From Prorocentrum cordatum (taxonomy: Eukaryota), in the NCBI GenBank assembly GCA_963575745.1, contig CAUYUJ010000222.1:62001-116647 (forward strand): DNA of 54,647 nt, written 5' to 3'. A program made the translations under genes and the position numbers. Position 1 is the first letter of the stretch; every line of letters begins with the position of its first letter. Shown in pieces: positions 35,040-47,879 of this stretch. The notes beneath the pieces are model-generated. The model was not told where the DNA came from and did no database searches. It saw nothing but the letters and a program-made list of their open reading frames with translations.

Positions 35040-35216
35040 CCGTCGGGGCGTTGACCTAAGGAACCCTAAAGAAGGAACGAGGCCCCCTTTTTTCCATAAG
35101 TTAAGCTTCGATTTCCGATCGACAGCATAAGGAAAACCTGAGGCAAGCTGCAACACAGTTAAGGAACGCGGAGCCCCTCCCCAACGAAAAGGGTTCCTTC
35201 TTCAGGGCCCCGACTG
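35040..35216. mobile_element. MITE family B, copy 3
   Basis: TA|CCGTCGGGGCG...GCCCCGACTG|TA; internal sequence matches 29015 and 29606. Confidence 0.9.
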
Positions 35217-35721
35217 TACCTCGGTCCGACTGCATACAGCTCAGCACAGGCGGGAGAGAAGACTTTGCAGCAGCGCTTCCCCGCCTCCGCCTCTGCCTCC
35301 GAGGCCCCACAGAGAGGGCCACGCTAGCAGCACGCACCTTGCACTGCACGCGCGTTGGTTCCAGGACAGGAGTCATCGTGAGCCCACAAAGGACGTACGC
35401 GCCCAGCCGCGTACACGAATACGCCCCCCCCGATCCGCGAGAAAAGCCTCGTGGTACGAAAGCTCGCGCATGGCGCACTTTCGAAAGCAGTACGGATTCA
35501 CGTGCTACGCGTACGCCCCTTTTTCGCTCCTGAGGTCGTGGGCTGGCCGCCCAGCGGCCCCATGACCCAAGAAACTCCCAAGATGCCCCAAGAGGCGCCC
35601 AAGGGGGACCCGAGAGGGCCCAAGGGGCCCCCAAGACGCTCCCAAGAGGCTCAAGAGGCCACCAAAAAGCACCAAAAGACGCGACTCCGATTTGGGGTTT
35701 TCTTGTCCGGAAGAAAGATTA

Positions 35722-36123
35722 CTCTGCTTTTCATTGCATTGCATTGCTTTACATTGCTTTGCATTGTTTTGTGTTGCTCAGCTCTGCTTTGATTTGGACT
35801 GATTTGCATTGCTTTGCTTTTGCAGTGCTTTGCTTTGCATTGATTTGCTTTGTTTAACCTTGCATTGCTCTGATTATTTGATTTGCTTTGCTTTGCTGTG
35901 TTATGCTCTGCCTTGTTTTGCTTCACGTTGTTTCTGCTGTGTTTTTGCTTTGCTTTGCTCTGCCCTGTTTTGCTTTGATTTGCGTTACTGTGCGTTGCTT
36001 TGTTTTGTATTGCACTGCCCTGCATTGTTTTGCCATACTTTGCTTTGCATTGTTTTGCATTCATTTGCTTTGCCTTGCCTTGCTTTGCTTTGCTTTGTTT
36101 GCTTTGCTTTGCTTCGCTTTGCA
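35722..36123. repeat. Degenerate (TTGCT/TTGCA)n pentanucleotide tract
   Basis: Directly visible. Confidence 0.9.
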
Positions 36124-38029
36124 TGAAGAAAATGGTAGGAGTAACATCGTGGGGGGCCCTGGCCTCGCCCAAATATTTTTGTTAAGGGAACATCATGGGC
36201 GAACCCTGGCTTCGCCCAAATATTTTCTGTTGAAGGGTAAATCCTGGAGGAACCCTGGCTTCGCCCGAAGAAACTTGTTTGAAGAAAACATCCTCGGGGA
36301 ACCCTTCCGGGGAAGGTTCCTCGGGAAACCGGGCCGAGCACTTGCGCGGCACAAGTCACCAATCTTTGGGAATCAGTACGAACCCCATTTAGGCAATGCC
36401 TCGTTGGGGAAACAAGGGTGCAAACGAGACAACAACAATCACGACAGATGAAACAAAAAGCGGCCCAACGGCGGCCAAGAGCAAACCGTGATGCGTTGAA
36501 AAGATGAGCCGAAAAGCGGCGTTTCGAAAACACATGCAACGACAAAAACAAGTAAGCATCCAAACCTCGAGTGCCAAACACGAAGGCCCTGTAAGGCGGT
36601 TTCGCGGAAGGCGCGAAGCGATTGAACCCGCCGCAACCCACCGCCGCAACCCGAAGTGTTCTGACGCCCGGCTGCGCTCCATCCCCCTGTTCCGGCCCCA
36701 AAACGGCTTCCAAACGGCGTCCAAGACGAGTTCGATTTTCACACCGCTTCCAATACACTTTTCGAGCGCATGTGGGCTCTATTTGGGCTCCTTCGGGGCC
36801 CCTCTTGGGCTCCAAAATCAACTCCTGGGGCCCTCAAGAACGCTTCTTGGGCTCAACCACGCGTACAGACTGGAAACCTCAAAAATGTAGCCAAACACAC
36901 CACCAGTTTGGGATGATTTTCGCCTCGCCGAAGATCGCCTGGACGCCTCTTCTGGCTGACTTCCGGGCTCGCCTGGTGCATCTTTCAGCGTGTGCACTTC
37001 GACACCGTCTTTGGACACGCTCAGGAAACAATTTTGGACGATAGCGGGCTCAACTTAGGCCCCCAATCGGGGCCCAAAACGGCCCAGAACCGGCCAGGTT
37101 TTTACCGGAAGACGGACGGGGCTGCGGTCCCATGCTGGGATGCTCGCGCTTGGGTCGTCCAGAAGCCCGCCTTTGCCGCCTCGGGCTCGTCTTGGGCCCG
37201 TTTTGGGCCCTTTTCCGGGCCCTATTCGGCCTTCCTTGGCGCCATTGGGGCCGTTTCCAAGGCGTCTTTGGCTGGTCTTCGGCGCCGTTCTGGCTATCTC
37301 TGGCCTCCTACAATCTAGGCATCCTGGGGGCGACCATCCGGGCCACCCATCGGGAGAACAATAGAAAAACCATCGGGGCTGCCACGACGTCAACCATCCG
37401 GCTCAACGACACACATCGGAGCAAACAGAGGGCCAATCATCCAGGCAGCCATCGGGCAAACCATCGGACCCGCCATCGCCCCAGCCATCGGGGGCATCAT
37501 GGGGACTACCATCCCGGCCACCCATCGGGATACCCAAAGAAAAACCATCGGGACCCCACGATGTCACCCATCCGGCCAAACGAACGCACACGGGCGACAG
37601 AACTGCGGGACAACACCACAGACAACCTCGGGGCACAGGCCGCCCACCAGGCCAGAATGCTGTCCATGTTTATCCAGTCTTGCAGCTGCCTCGCCTCATC
37701 CGGCGAGAGCAAGAATGGGCGGGCGGTGAACGCGAAGCGTCTTGAATCCGCCGCAACCCGAAGGGTCCTGAATGATGTTCATAATCCGCTGGCCTCCTTG
37801 TGGGGCCACCAGGCTGTAGGACGAAGGTTTGCTGTTCCGTGCACCAGTTCCAGCTTCCAGTTTCCATTGTTGCAGTTTTGTTTCTTGCTGTGTATTGTTC
37901 CTCGTTGATGGACCGCGCGGGGGGGGGAGCCGAGAAGGAACCGAGTTACCACGCCCGAGTCGGGTGCTCTGAATTCCTGGGGGGGCGTGGGACGCGTAGA
38001 AATACGTGAAACTCGCGCCCCCGAAGCCA

Positions 38030-38430
38030 CAAACCCTCGTACATTACACCGTACTCGCGTCCCCGAAGCCATAGACCCGCGCGAATTACACAATGTTCGC
38101 GTCCCCGAAACTATAATCCCGCGCACAAGTACGCCATGCATGTGTCCCCGAAACCAGAAATCTTCGTAAATTACGCGGTACTTGCGTCCCCGAGGCCATA
38201 AACATTTACAAATCACGCGAAACTCGCGCCCCCAAAGCCATAAGCTTTTGCAAATTACGCAATATTCGTGTCCACGAAGCCATACACCTGCGTCAATGAC
38301 GCAATATTTTCAACCCCGAAGCCATACATCCTCGTAAAGTACTCTAGAATCGCGTGTCCGAAGCCATACGCCCTCGGACGTTACTCAATATTCGCGTCTC
38401 CAAAGCCATAAACCTGTGTAAATTCTAGAC
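38030..38430 (+). repeat. 42-bp tandem repeat, ~10 diverged units
   Basis: Core TCGCGTCCCCGAAGCCATA recurs about every 42 bp. Confidence 0.85.
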
Positions 38431-38588
38431 GCTTCGCAGTCCCGGACACGCCTGTTGCCGCCAGACCATTGTCGCGCGGCCGCCGACCAACAAGAAGTAT
38501 CCCCAGCAGCCCATCCAGAAACGATGCTCAGGAAAGCTGACGGAAGAAAGGAAGAAGAGACGCACATAGTGAACCAGAGCGGGCAGCA

Positions 38589-38620
<32 letters not shown>

Positions 38621-38679
38621 GGAGGAGGGAGGACGGCGACGACGACGACGACGCAAGAGCGCGCGCGCACGCTTTTGTT

Positions 38680-39125
38680 GAAAATCCGTGTTGCGAAACC
38701 TGGTGTTTTTGTAGGTTTTTTTGACACACGATGTTGAATTCCTTCCGAAGCCGATGGGTTTTGAAGGATTTCGGCATACGCGCGCGACGACGCGCGCGTC
38801 TGCACTTCGTCCCATTGTTTGCAAAGGATTCTCGCGACGGCACACGCGCAAAGGCGTTCGACAGATTTCGACATGCGCGCGCGAAGCCCGTTTGATAGCA
38901 TTTTGTGAAAATCTTGGAAAACCTATGGATTTCTTAATATTTCGCAAGAGCTCGCGCGTAAGCTTTTTTAGCAAACCAGTGTTGCGACAACCTGTGTTTT
39001 TGTATGTTGCTTTGGAAACTCGATTGCGAAATCCTTCCGACACCGAAGGTTTTTGGAGGATTTCGGCATGCGCGCGCGACGACGCGCACGTGTGCACTTC
39101 GTCAATTTGTTCGCAAGGGATTCGC
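38680..39125 (+). repeat. Direct repeat pair, ~150-bp homology with ~290-bp period
   Basis: GTGTTGCGA..CCTG.GTTTTTGTA...GGATTTCGGCAT(A/G)CGCGCGCGACGACGCGC...TGCACTTCGTC occurs twice. Confidence 0.8.
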
Positions 39126-40127
39126 AAAAGAGTTTTAGGTTAGAACAAAAATGTCCCCGCGAATTGTTCTTTATAGAGGGAACCTCAGGGGGAGCGATAC
39201 CGGCCCCCCTGGGATAGTGTAAATTCATATTTCGGATGGACATGTGGTCATACTCATATATGGTTTACATACCCGAAGGGGGGGGGCGGATAACGCCAGG
39301 GGAGGAGGGGGGGGGGTAGAGTCCATTCTCTTTCCAGGAAGGAGAATCCGCCTGCTCGAAACGGGCGCCAAGAAAAGCCAAGATCCACTCCATCGGGGGT
39401 GGGAGGGGGGGGGGGAGCGAGGGCCCGCGCCGATCGGCAGAAGCAGGAGTAAAAAACGCTCACAGCGCAAACGCTGCTCGGGGAAGTGCAATCCACCCTT
39501 TTTACACACACGGATGCGCGGCAAGGATGCGGGGGCCTTGACGGGCCGTGTTAGCGCGTTCCGAACGAGCCTGGCCAGCGAAAGCCGCTTGGGATGGACA
39601 GGAGGGGAAGGCTGCAACGGGAACCTTGGAAAATGGTTAATCCTTCCTATGCGGGTCGACTCTATAGCTGCGGGAAGTCCGCCTGTGACTGCAACACTTC
39701 ACTCTACTCGAATCATCGTCCTTCTCTTCCTCCAACCTCCTGTTCACCCTCCTCTTCTGGTGTGCTGCTGGGGGGACCAGAGGTACCCATACCGCTACTC
39801 CCTGGACCTCTCCCGGGGTGCGTTCGGACCAGAACTCCGAAGCGAACCCAGCCGTGGCGACGTGAGCCCTCCAGGACGAGCAACGGCATCGCTACCCTCT
39901 CCCACTCTTATGTGCAGCCTGGCACGGTCGAACAAACAGCCGCTGGGCCCAGCGCAGCGAACACGCCGGCCAGCGGCAGGATCCAGTTGGTCGGCTTCTT
40001 CTGCGGAGAGACGAAGTGGGGGGTGAACGTGCGGCGTTCCTCGGGTTGCCTCTCGACCAGCTGGGGCTCCTCGAGGGGGCGGGGTCGGAGGGTGACGGGC
40101 GGGGGCTCGACGGGGTCCCATACATAA

Positions 40128-40649
40128 ACTCCTCCTCCAGCTCCTCCACCCCCTCCTCCTCCTTCTCCACCTCCTCCCAACCGACCTCCTCCACCTCCTC
40201 CTCCTCCTCATTCTCCTCCTCCTCCTCCTCTCTCTCCTCCTCCTCCATCCTCCTCCTTCCTGCCTCTCTCCTCCTCCTCCTCCTCCTCCTCCTCCTCCCC
40301 TCCTCCCTCCTCCTCCTCCTCCTCCTCCTCCTCCTCCGCCTCCTCCTCTTCCTCCTCACTCCTCCTCCTCTCACCTCCTCCTCCTCCTTCCCCTACCCTT
40401 CACTCTCCCCTCCCCTCCCCCTCTGCCTCCCACCATCCTCCTCGCCCTCCTCCTCCTCCTCCTCCTCCTCACCACCACCACCACCACAACCACCACCAAC
40501 ATGATCATCATGATCATCATGATCATCATGATCATCACGATCATCACGATCATCATGATCATCATGATCATCAGGATTATGATCATGATCATGAGCAGCA
40601 TCATCAACAACAGCATCACCATCACCATCACCATCACCATCACCATCAC

Positions 40650-40718
<69 letters not shown>

Positions 40719-41330
40719 AATCATCATAATCACCATCATAATCAGTATCACCACCATCATCGTGATCATGACCATGGTCATGATCATCATCATCAGCATC
40801 ATCATCAGCAGCATATTCATTATCAGCAGCATCATCATCACCGTCATCACCATCGTCCTTCTCTTCCTCCACCTCCTCCTTCCCCAAAACCTCCTCCTCA
40901 ATCTCCACCTCCATCTCCACCTCCACCGCCTCCACCGCCTCCCCCGCCGCCTCCTCCTCCTCCTTCGCCTCCACACCCTCCTCCTCCGTTTCCTCGTCCT
41001 CTTCCTCTTTCTACTCATGTTCCTCCTGCTCCTCCACCTCCGCCTTCTCCACATCCTCCTCCACATCCTCCTCCACGTCCTCCTCATCTTTGTCCTATTC
41101 CTCGTCCTCTTCCTTTGTCTCTTCCTCTCCCTCCTCCTCGTCCTCCTCCTCCTCCTCCTCCACCTCCACCTCCAAGTCCACCTCCTCCTCCTCCTTTTCT
41201 TCTGCGTCGTCTAATTATGAAGAGTATCATCATCATCATCATCATTAGTATTATCAGTATACTTATTAGTATTAGTATGTTTCTTGTTCTAATTATTTGT
41301 CTTCTTCTTCTTCTTATTATTATTATTATT
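40128..41330 (+). repeat. Compound (CCT)n-(CAT)n-(CCT)n-(ATT)n microsatellite
   Basis: Directly visible. Confidence 0.95.
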
Positions 41331-41879
41331 ATTCCCTACCTAGGCTCTGCCTAGAAGGGTTCTTACTCTCTTAGCTTAAAGGGGCCGGGCAGTGTAAAGC
41401 GCCCCGGGCGGTTCCCCCAGTCCCCGCCACGCGGTTCCCCCCAGTCCCCTGGGAGCTTTAGCTTTAGCTTTAGCTTAGCTTCAGCTTAGCTTTAGCTTAG
41501 CTGTAGCTTAGCTGTAGCTTAGCGTGTCGCTTAGCTGTTCGCTTAGCGTTTAGCTTAGCTTTAGTTTAGCTTTAGCTTAGCTTGAGCTTAGCTGTAGCTT
41601 AGCTTTAGCTTAGCTTTAGCTTAGCTGTAGCTTAGCTTTAGCTTAGCTGTTGCTCAGCTTTAGCTTAGCTTTCTGTCTTAGCTGTGTAGCTGTTGCTCAT
41701 CTTTATCTTAGCTTTAGCTTAGCTTTAGCTTAACTTAGCTTAGCTGTGGCTTAGCTTTAGCTTTAGCTTTAGCTTAGCTTTAGCTTAGCTTTAGCTAGCT
41801 TTTTAGCTTAGCGTTACTGTTCTACTAATGCTGCTTTTCCTAGGGGTTCCAACTCCCTAGGTAGTGTCGCACTGGGAAT
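41331..41879. mobile_element. Microsatellite-cored non-autonomous element, copy 1 (HINE/DINE-1-like architecture)
   Basis: Head ATTCCCTACCTAGGCTCTGCCTAG, core (TTAGC/TTTAGC)n, tail CTAGGTAGTGTCGCACTGGGAAT; flanked by (ATT)n. Confidence 0.7.
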
Positions 41880-41899
41880 AATTATTAGTATTATTATTT

Positions 41900-42832
41900 A
41901 TTCCCTACCTAGCTCTGCCTAGAAGTTTCCTTACTCTCATAGCTTAAAGGGGCCGGAGCAGTGGAAAAGCGCCCCGGCGGGTTCCCCCGTCCCCTGGGAG
42001 CGGTTCCCCCAGTCGCGCCCCCTGGGTTCACCCAGCTTAGCTTTGCTTAGCCTAGCTTAGCTTAGCTTAGCTTAGCTTCGCCTAGCCTAGCTGAGCTTAG
42101 CTTAGCTTAGCTTTGCCTAGCCTAGCTTAGCTTAGATTATCTACTCTAAGCTTAGCTTAGCTTGGTTTAGCCTAGCCTAGCTGAGCTTTAGCTTAGCTTA
42201 GCTGACCTTACCTTAGCTTAGCTTAGCGCAGCACAGCATTAGCACAGCCTAGCATAGCATAGCATAGCATATCATAGCATAGCGCAGCATATCATGTCAT
42301 ATCATAGCATAGCGCAGCATATCATAGTTTCGCATAGCATAGCACAGCATTGCTTAACATAGCACAGCGCAGCATAGCATAGCATAACACAGCATACCAT
42401 ATCATAACATAGCGTAGCATAGCGCATCATTGCATACCATAGCATAGCATATCATAGCCTAGCATGTCATAGCATAGCGCAGCATGTCATATCATAGCAC
42501 ATCCTAGCATAACATAGCATAGCGCAGCATAGCATAGCATAGCATATCATTGCTTAGTATAGCACAGCGCATCATACCATAGCATAGCACAGCGTATCAT
42601 AGCATAGCATAGCGCATCATACCATATCATATCATAGTATAGCATAGCATAGCACAGCCTAGCCTAGCCTAGCATAGCCTAGCATAGCATGTCATGCCAT
42701 AGCCTGGCATAGCAGCATACCTAGCGTAGATGTAGATGTAGATGCAGGTGTAGATGTAACTAAAGCTGTCGGTGTAAATGTATATGCTGCTTTCCTAAAT
42801 GCTCCAACTCCTAGGTAGGGTCGCACTGGGAT
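41900..42832. mobile_element. Copy 2 of the same element, core (CTTAG)n then (CATAG)n
   Basis: Head and tail match 41331-41450 and 41828-41879. Confidence 0.7.
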
Positions 42833-42859
42833 GCTTATTAGTGTTATGGTAAAAATTCA

Positions 42860-44017
42860 TCTTCCTCTTCCTCCTCCTCATCCTCCTCATCCTCTTCCTC
42901 CTCCTCCTGCTCCTCCTCCTCCTCCTCCTCCTCCTCACTACCTCCTCCTCCCCCTCCTCCCCTCCCCTCCTCCTCCCCCTCCCCCCCCTCGCCCTCTCAC
43001 CCCCGCCCCCCACTCCCCAACCTCCACCTCCGCCTCCACCTCCGCCTCCTCCTCCTCCTCCGCCTCCCCTCCTCCTCCTCCTCCCTCGTCCGCTTCCTCT
43101 TCCTCCTCTCCTCCTCCTCCTCCTCTCTCTCCTCCTCCTCCTCCGCCTCCTCCTCCACCTCCTCCTCCTCCTTCCCCTCCCTCTTCCCCCCCTACTCTCC
43201 CCCTCCCCTCCCCCTCCTCCTCGCCCTCCTCCTCATATCCTCCTCCTCCTCCTCCTCCTCCTCTCCTCCTCCCCCTTGCCTCCTCTTGAGTTTCGTGGGA
43301 GTAGTATGCGCCTTCCTCTTCGTCTTCGCTCTCGTATTCGTAGTAGCTGTTTCCTCCTCCTCCTCCTCCTCCTCCTCGCTCCTCCCTCCTCCTCCTCCTC
43401 CTCCTCCTCCTCCTCGTCATTTCCTCCTTCCGCCCTCCTCCTCATCCTCCCTCCTCCTCCCTCCCCCTCCTGCCTCCTCCTCCTCCTCCCTCCTCCTCCC
43501 TCCCTCCCGTCTCTCCTCGTCTAACTCCTCCTCCTCCCCTCCTCCTCCTCCTCCTCCTCCTCCTGTTCCTCCTCCTCCTCCTCCGTTTTCTCCTCCTCCT
43601 CCTCCTCATACCGCAGCCTCCCTCTTCTTCATCCTCCTCCTCATCATTCTCCTCCTCCCCATCCCCCTCCCCCTCGCCATCGTGTGGTCCCCTCATGTTC
43701 TCTCCTGTGTCATCCAGTTTCCCCTGTGTTTCCTCCGTTCCTCTAGTTCCATCCCCTCCCCTCGTTCTCCCTCCCATCCCCATCTCCCTCCTCCTACTCC
43801 TCCTCCTCCTCCTCCTCCTCCTCCTCCTCCTCCTCCTCCTCCTCGTCCTTGCTCTCCCCCTCCCCCTCGTCCTCCTCCTCCTCATCATCCTCATCCGCCT
43901 CCTCATCCTCCTCCGCCGCGTCCTCCTCCTCCTCCTCATCATCACCATCACCATCACCATCACCATCACCATCACCATCAGCATCAGCATCAGCATCATC
44001 ATCATCATCATCATCAG

Positions 44018-44070
<53 letters not shown>

Positions 44071-44255
44071 GCATCATCATCATCAGCATCATCATCATCA
44101 GCAGCATCATCATGATCATGATCAGCATCATAATCATCAACAGCATGATCATGATCATCATCATCATCATCAGCATCAGCATCATCATCATCATCATCAT
44201 CAGCATCATCATCATCATCATCATCATCATCAGCATCAGCATCAGCATCAGCATC

Positions 44256-44286
<31 letters not shown>

Positions 44287-44711
44287 GCATCATCGTCATC
44301 ATCATCACCAGCATCAGCAGCATCATCATCATCAGCATCATCATCAGCAGCATCATCATCAGCATCATCATACACATCCTCATCCTCATCGTCATCCTCA
44401 TACTCATCCTCATCCCCATCCCCATCCTCATCCTCATCCTCTGCATCCTCATCCCGACCTCACTCTCATCCTCATCATCACCATCGCAATCACCATCATC
44501 ATCAGCAGCATCAGCATCAGCATCAGCATCATCATCATCATCATGATCACCATCATCATCATCACCATCACCATCATCATCATCGGCATCGGCATCGGCC
44601 TCGTCACCAGCATCAGCATCATCATCAGCATCATCAGCAGCATCATCATCATCGTCATCGTCATCGTCATCGTCATCAGCATCAGCATCATCATCGTAAT
44701 CGTCATCGTCG

Positions 44712-44742
<31 letters not shown>

Positions 44743-47460
44743 CATCATCGCCATCATCATTATCAGCATCATCATCATCATCGTCATCATCATCAGCATC
44801 ATCCTCAGCATCATCATCATCAGCAGCACCATCATCAGAATCATCATCATCATCATCCACCTCCTCCTCCTCCTCCTCCTACCCCTCCCCCCCTCCACCT
44901 CCTCATTCTCCTCCTCCGCCTCCTCCTCCTCCTCCTCCTCTTCCTCTTCCTCTTCCTCCTCCTCCTCCTCCTCCTCCTCCTCCTCCACCTCCTCCTCCTC
45001 CTCCTCCTCTTCCTTGCTCTCCCCCTCCCCCTCCCCCTCGTCCTCCTCCTCCTCCTCCTCCTCCTCCTCCTCCTCATCCTTCTCCTCCGCCTCATGCTCC
45101 TCCTCCTACTCCTCCTCCTCCTCCTCCTCCTCCTCCTCCGCCCTCCTCCTCCTCCTCCTCCTCGTCCCTCCTCCTCCTCCTCCCTCCTCCTCTCCCCCCG
45201 CCCCCTCCCGCTCCCCCCCGCCCCCCCTATTGGAACCCGTGTTCCTCCTGTTGCCGCCTTTTCCCTCCGGTCCTCCTTTCCCTCATTTTACTCCCGTTCC
45301 TTCTCCTCCTCCTCCTCTCCTCCTCCTCCTCCTCCTCCTCCTCCTCCTCCTCCTCCCTTTCCTCCTCCTTCCGCCCTCCTCCTCCTCTTCCTCCTCCTCC
45401 CCTCCTCCTCTTCCTCTTCATCCTCTTCATCCTCCCCTCCTCCACCCCTTCCTCCTCCCCCTTCCTCTCCCCCTCGCCCTCCCCCTCCTCTTTTCATCGT
45501 TTTCCCATGTTCCCCTGTTCCACCTTCGTCCTTACGTCACTTTCATCCCGGGCCCTCCGTTTCGCCGTTCCTCCCCCTCCTCCCCCCTCCTCCTCCTCCG
45601 CCTCCTCGCTGGCCTCCTCCTCCTCCTCCCTCCTCCCTCCTCCTAGTCTCCTCCCCTCCTCCGCCCCCCTCCTCCTCTCCCTCTACCTCCTCTGCATCCT
45701 CCTCGGCCAGCCCCCCCCTCCCCTCCCTCATCCGCCCCTCCTCCCCTCTTCCCTCCTCCTCCTCCCCTCCTCCGCCTCCGCCGCCTCCTCCTCTCGTCCT
45801 CTCCCCTCGTCCCCTCTCCTCCCCCTCCCCCTCCCCCCCCCCTCCCCCTCCGCCTCCGCCTCCGCCTCCGCCTCCCCCTCCCCCTCCTCTTGTTCAGCGT
45901 GATCCTCCTGCTCCTCCTTTTCCTCAGTGTCGTCCTTTTGCCGCGTCCTCCTCCTCCTCATCATCCACCTCTTCTTGATGGTTTTATGCTGCTTCTTCGT
46001 ACTATTAGTGTTCGTTTTCTTCTTCTGACGATGCTTCTTCGTATTAGTTGTCTTCGTATTATGTTTATGCTTAGTATGCGTGTCATGCTTCTTATTATTA
46101 TGATTATAAAAATGTGCCGTCGTCGTATTATTAGTATTATCATTATTATTAATACTATTATTCCTCCTCCCCCTCCTCGTCCTCGTCTTCCTCCTCCTCC
46201 TCCTCTCCTCCTCCTCCTCCTCCTCCTCCGCCTCTTCCTCCTCCCCCTCCTCCTCCTCCTCCTCCTCCTCCTCCTCCTCCTCCTCCCCCTCCCCCTCCTT
46301 CTCGTCCTCCTCCTCCTCCGCCTCCTCCTCCTCCTCTTCCTCCTCCTGCCAGCCAGCTGATCCGCTGGACGTGGAGTGCGTGCGGTTCCTAAACGCCGAG
46401 GATGTCATTCCTCGTCCGCGGGGGACCTGGTGGGCCTCCGAGACCCCTCCAGGGGCATCTCGGGGGTGTGTCCCCTTACTGTTTTGGGATGTCTTGCGAC
46501 CTGGACAAGGGCGATGCGCCAGGCCGCAAAATTGCATGCCGCGCTTCAGGAACCTCCCCAGCGCGGCGTTTGTGTCGTCCTTGGCCTTGTCGGCCAGGCA
46601 GAGCCATGGGGCACCGAAGGGCGAAGGAAAGCAATGATAACCTGGAGGCCGCGCCAGAAAATCGCAGGACGCGGGAAGGCAGCCACCCAGACCCGGAGCC
46701 GCGCGCGCTGTCAATGCTGTTGTACACAAAGGCCGCGCATGGGACCGCGGCCTGGGAAAGCGGGTGCTCACGCTGCACTCATTCTCCTTGTCTCAGGCGA
46801 GCCTGGATCTCCTCCTCTCATAAAAAACCCCGGAACGTTTTTCGGCCTGCATATCCTCCTCCACCTCCTCCTCCACCTTTTCGTCCTCCACCTCGTCCTC
46901 CAACTCCTCCTCCTGCTCCTCCTCTTCCTCCTCCTTCTCCTCCTATTCTTTCTCCTCCTCCTCCTCCTCCTTTTCCTCCTCCTCCTCCTCCTCCTTTTCC
47001 TCCTCCTCCTCTCCTCCTCCTCTTCCTCCTCCGCCTCCTCCCCTCCTCCTTTTCCTCCTCCTCTCCTCCTCCTCCTCCCCTCATTCCCCTACTCTCCTCC
47101 TCCTCCTCCCCCTCCTCCTCCCTCCTCCTCCTCCCTCCTCCCTCCCCACTCATCCTCCTCTCCTCCTCTCCTCCTCCTCTCCCCCTCCCCTCGTCCTCCT
47201 CCTCCTCCTCCGCCCTCCTCCTCCTCCTCTCTCCTTCCTCCTCCTTTTCCTCCTCCTCATTTTTCTCCTCGTCCTCCTCCTCCTCGTTTTCCTCCCCCTC
47301 GTTCTCCTCGTCGTCCTCCTCCTCCTCTTCCTCCTCCTTATCCTCATCATCCTCCTTCTCCCCCTCCTCCTCCTTCTATTCTTCCACCTCTTCCTCCGCA
47401 TCCACCTCCTCATCGCCCGCCTCCTTTCCGTTCCTCCTCCTCCTCCTCCTCCTCCTCCTC
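42860..47460 (+). repeat. Long compound (CCT)n/(CAT)n/(CAG)n region with a ~500-bp complex island at 46350-46852
   Basis: Directly visible. Confidence 0.95.
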
Positions 47461-47879
47461 TATCTTCCATGCGCCCGGCTTCCTCTTTGCGTTTGTCTCT
47501 CCATTCTCGTTCGCGCGTCCCCTCCGCGTGCGAGCGGGATCGTTCTCACCGCTTCCGACAAAGAACATTCCCTTGCGACTCCAGCGGCCCAATATATGAA
47601 CCTCAGACAACGGCAGGAGGACAGCAAAGAGAGAGAGAGAGAAGGAGATAGCGAGGAAGAGAGAGAGAGAGATATATAGAGAGAGAGAGGCCGACAAATC
47701 CGCCGACCCTGTCGGTGTGTGTGAGGGGCTTGTTCGTTCAAGTCGTCATCTCCGTTATTCGTTGGTCGTCGTCTCTGTCACCCCCTTTTGCTGCCTCCCC
47801 CCTTTCCCTGGGCTCGTCGAAGCTCCCCCCTTTCCCAGGGACCTCCTCAGCGCGACAGCAACGTCGTAATCGAGTCGAA

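Noticed and set aside
38030..38430. Repeat-spacer pattern resembling a degenerate CRISPR
   Set aside because: The variable parts are homologous to each other (e.g. AATTACGC), so it is a diverged 42-bp tandem repeat.
41455..41812. Telomere-like (TTAGC/TTTAGC)n
   Set aside because: Not the TTTAGGG telomere repeat known from dinoflagellates; it is internal and enclosed by element ends.
43286..45646. 786-aa ORF and other poly-P/S/H/I/D/M/T ORFs
   Set aside because: These are translations of stop-free trinucleotide microsatellites.
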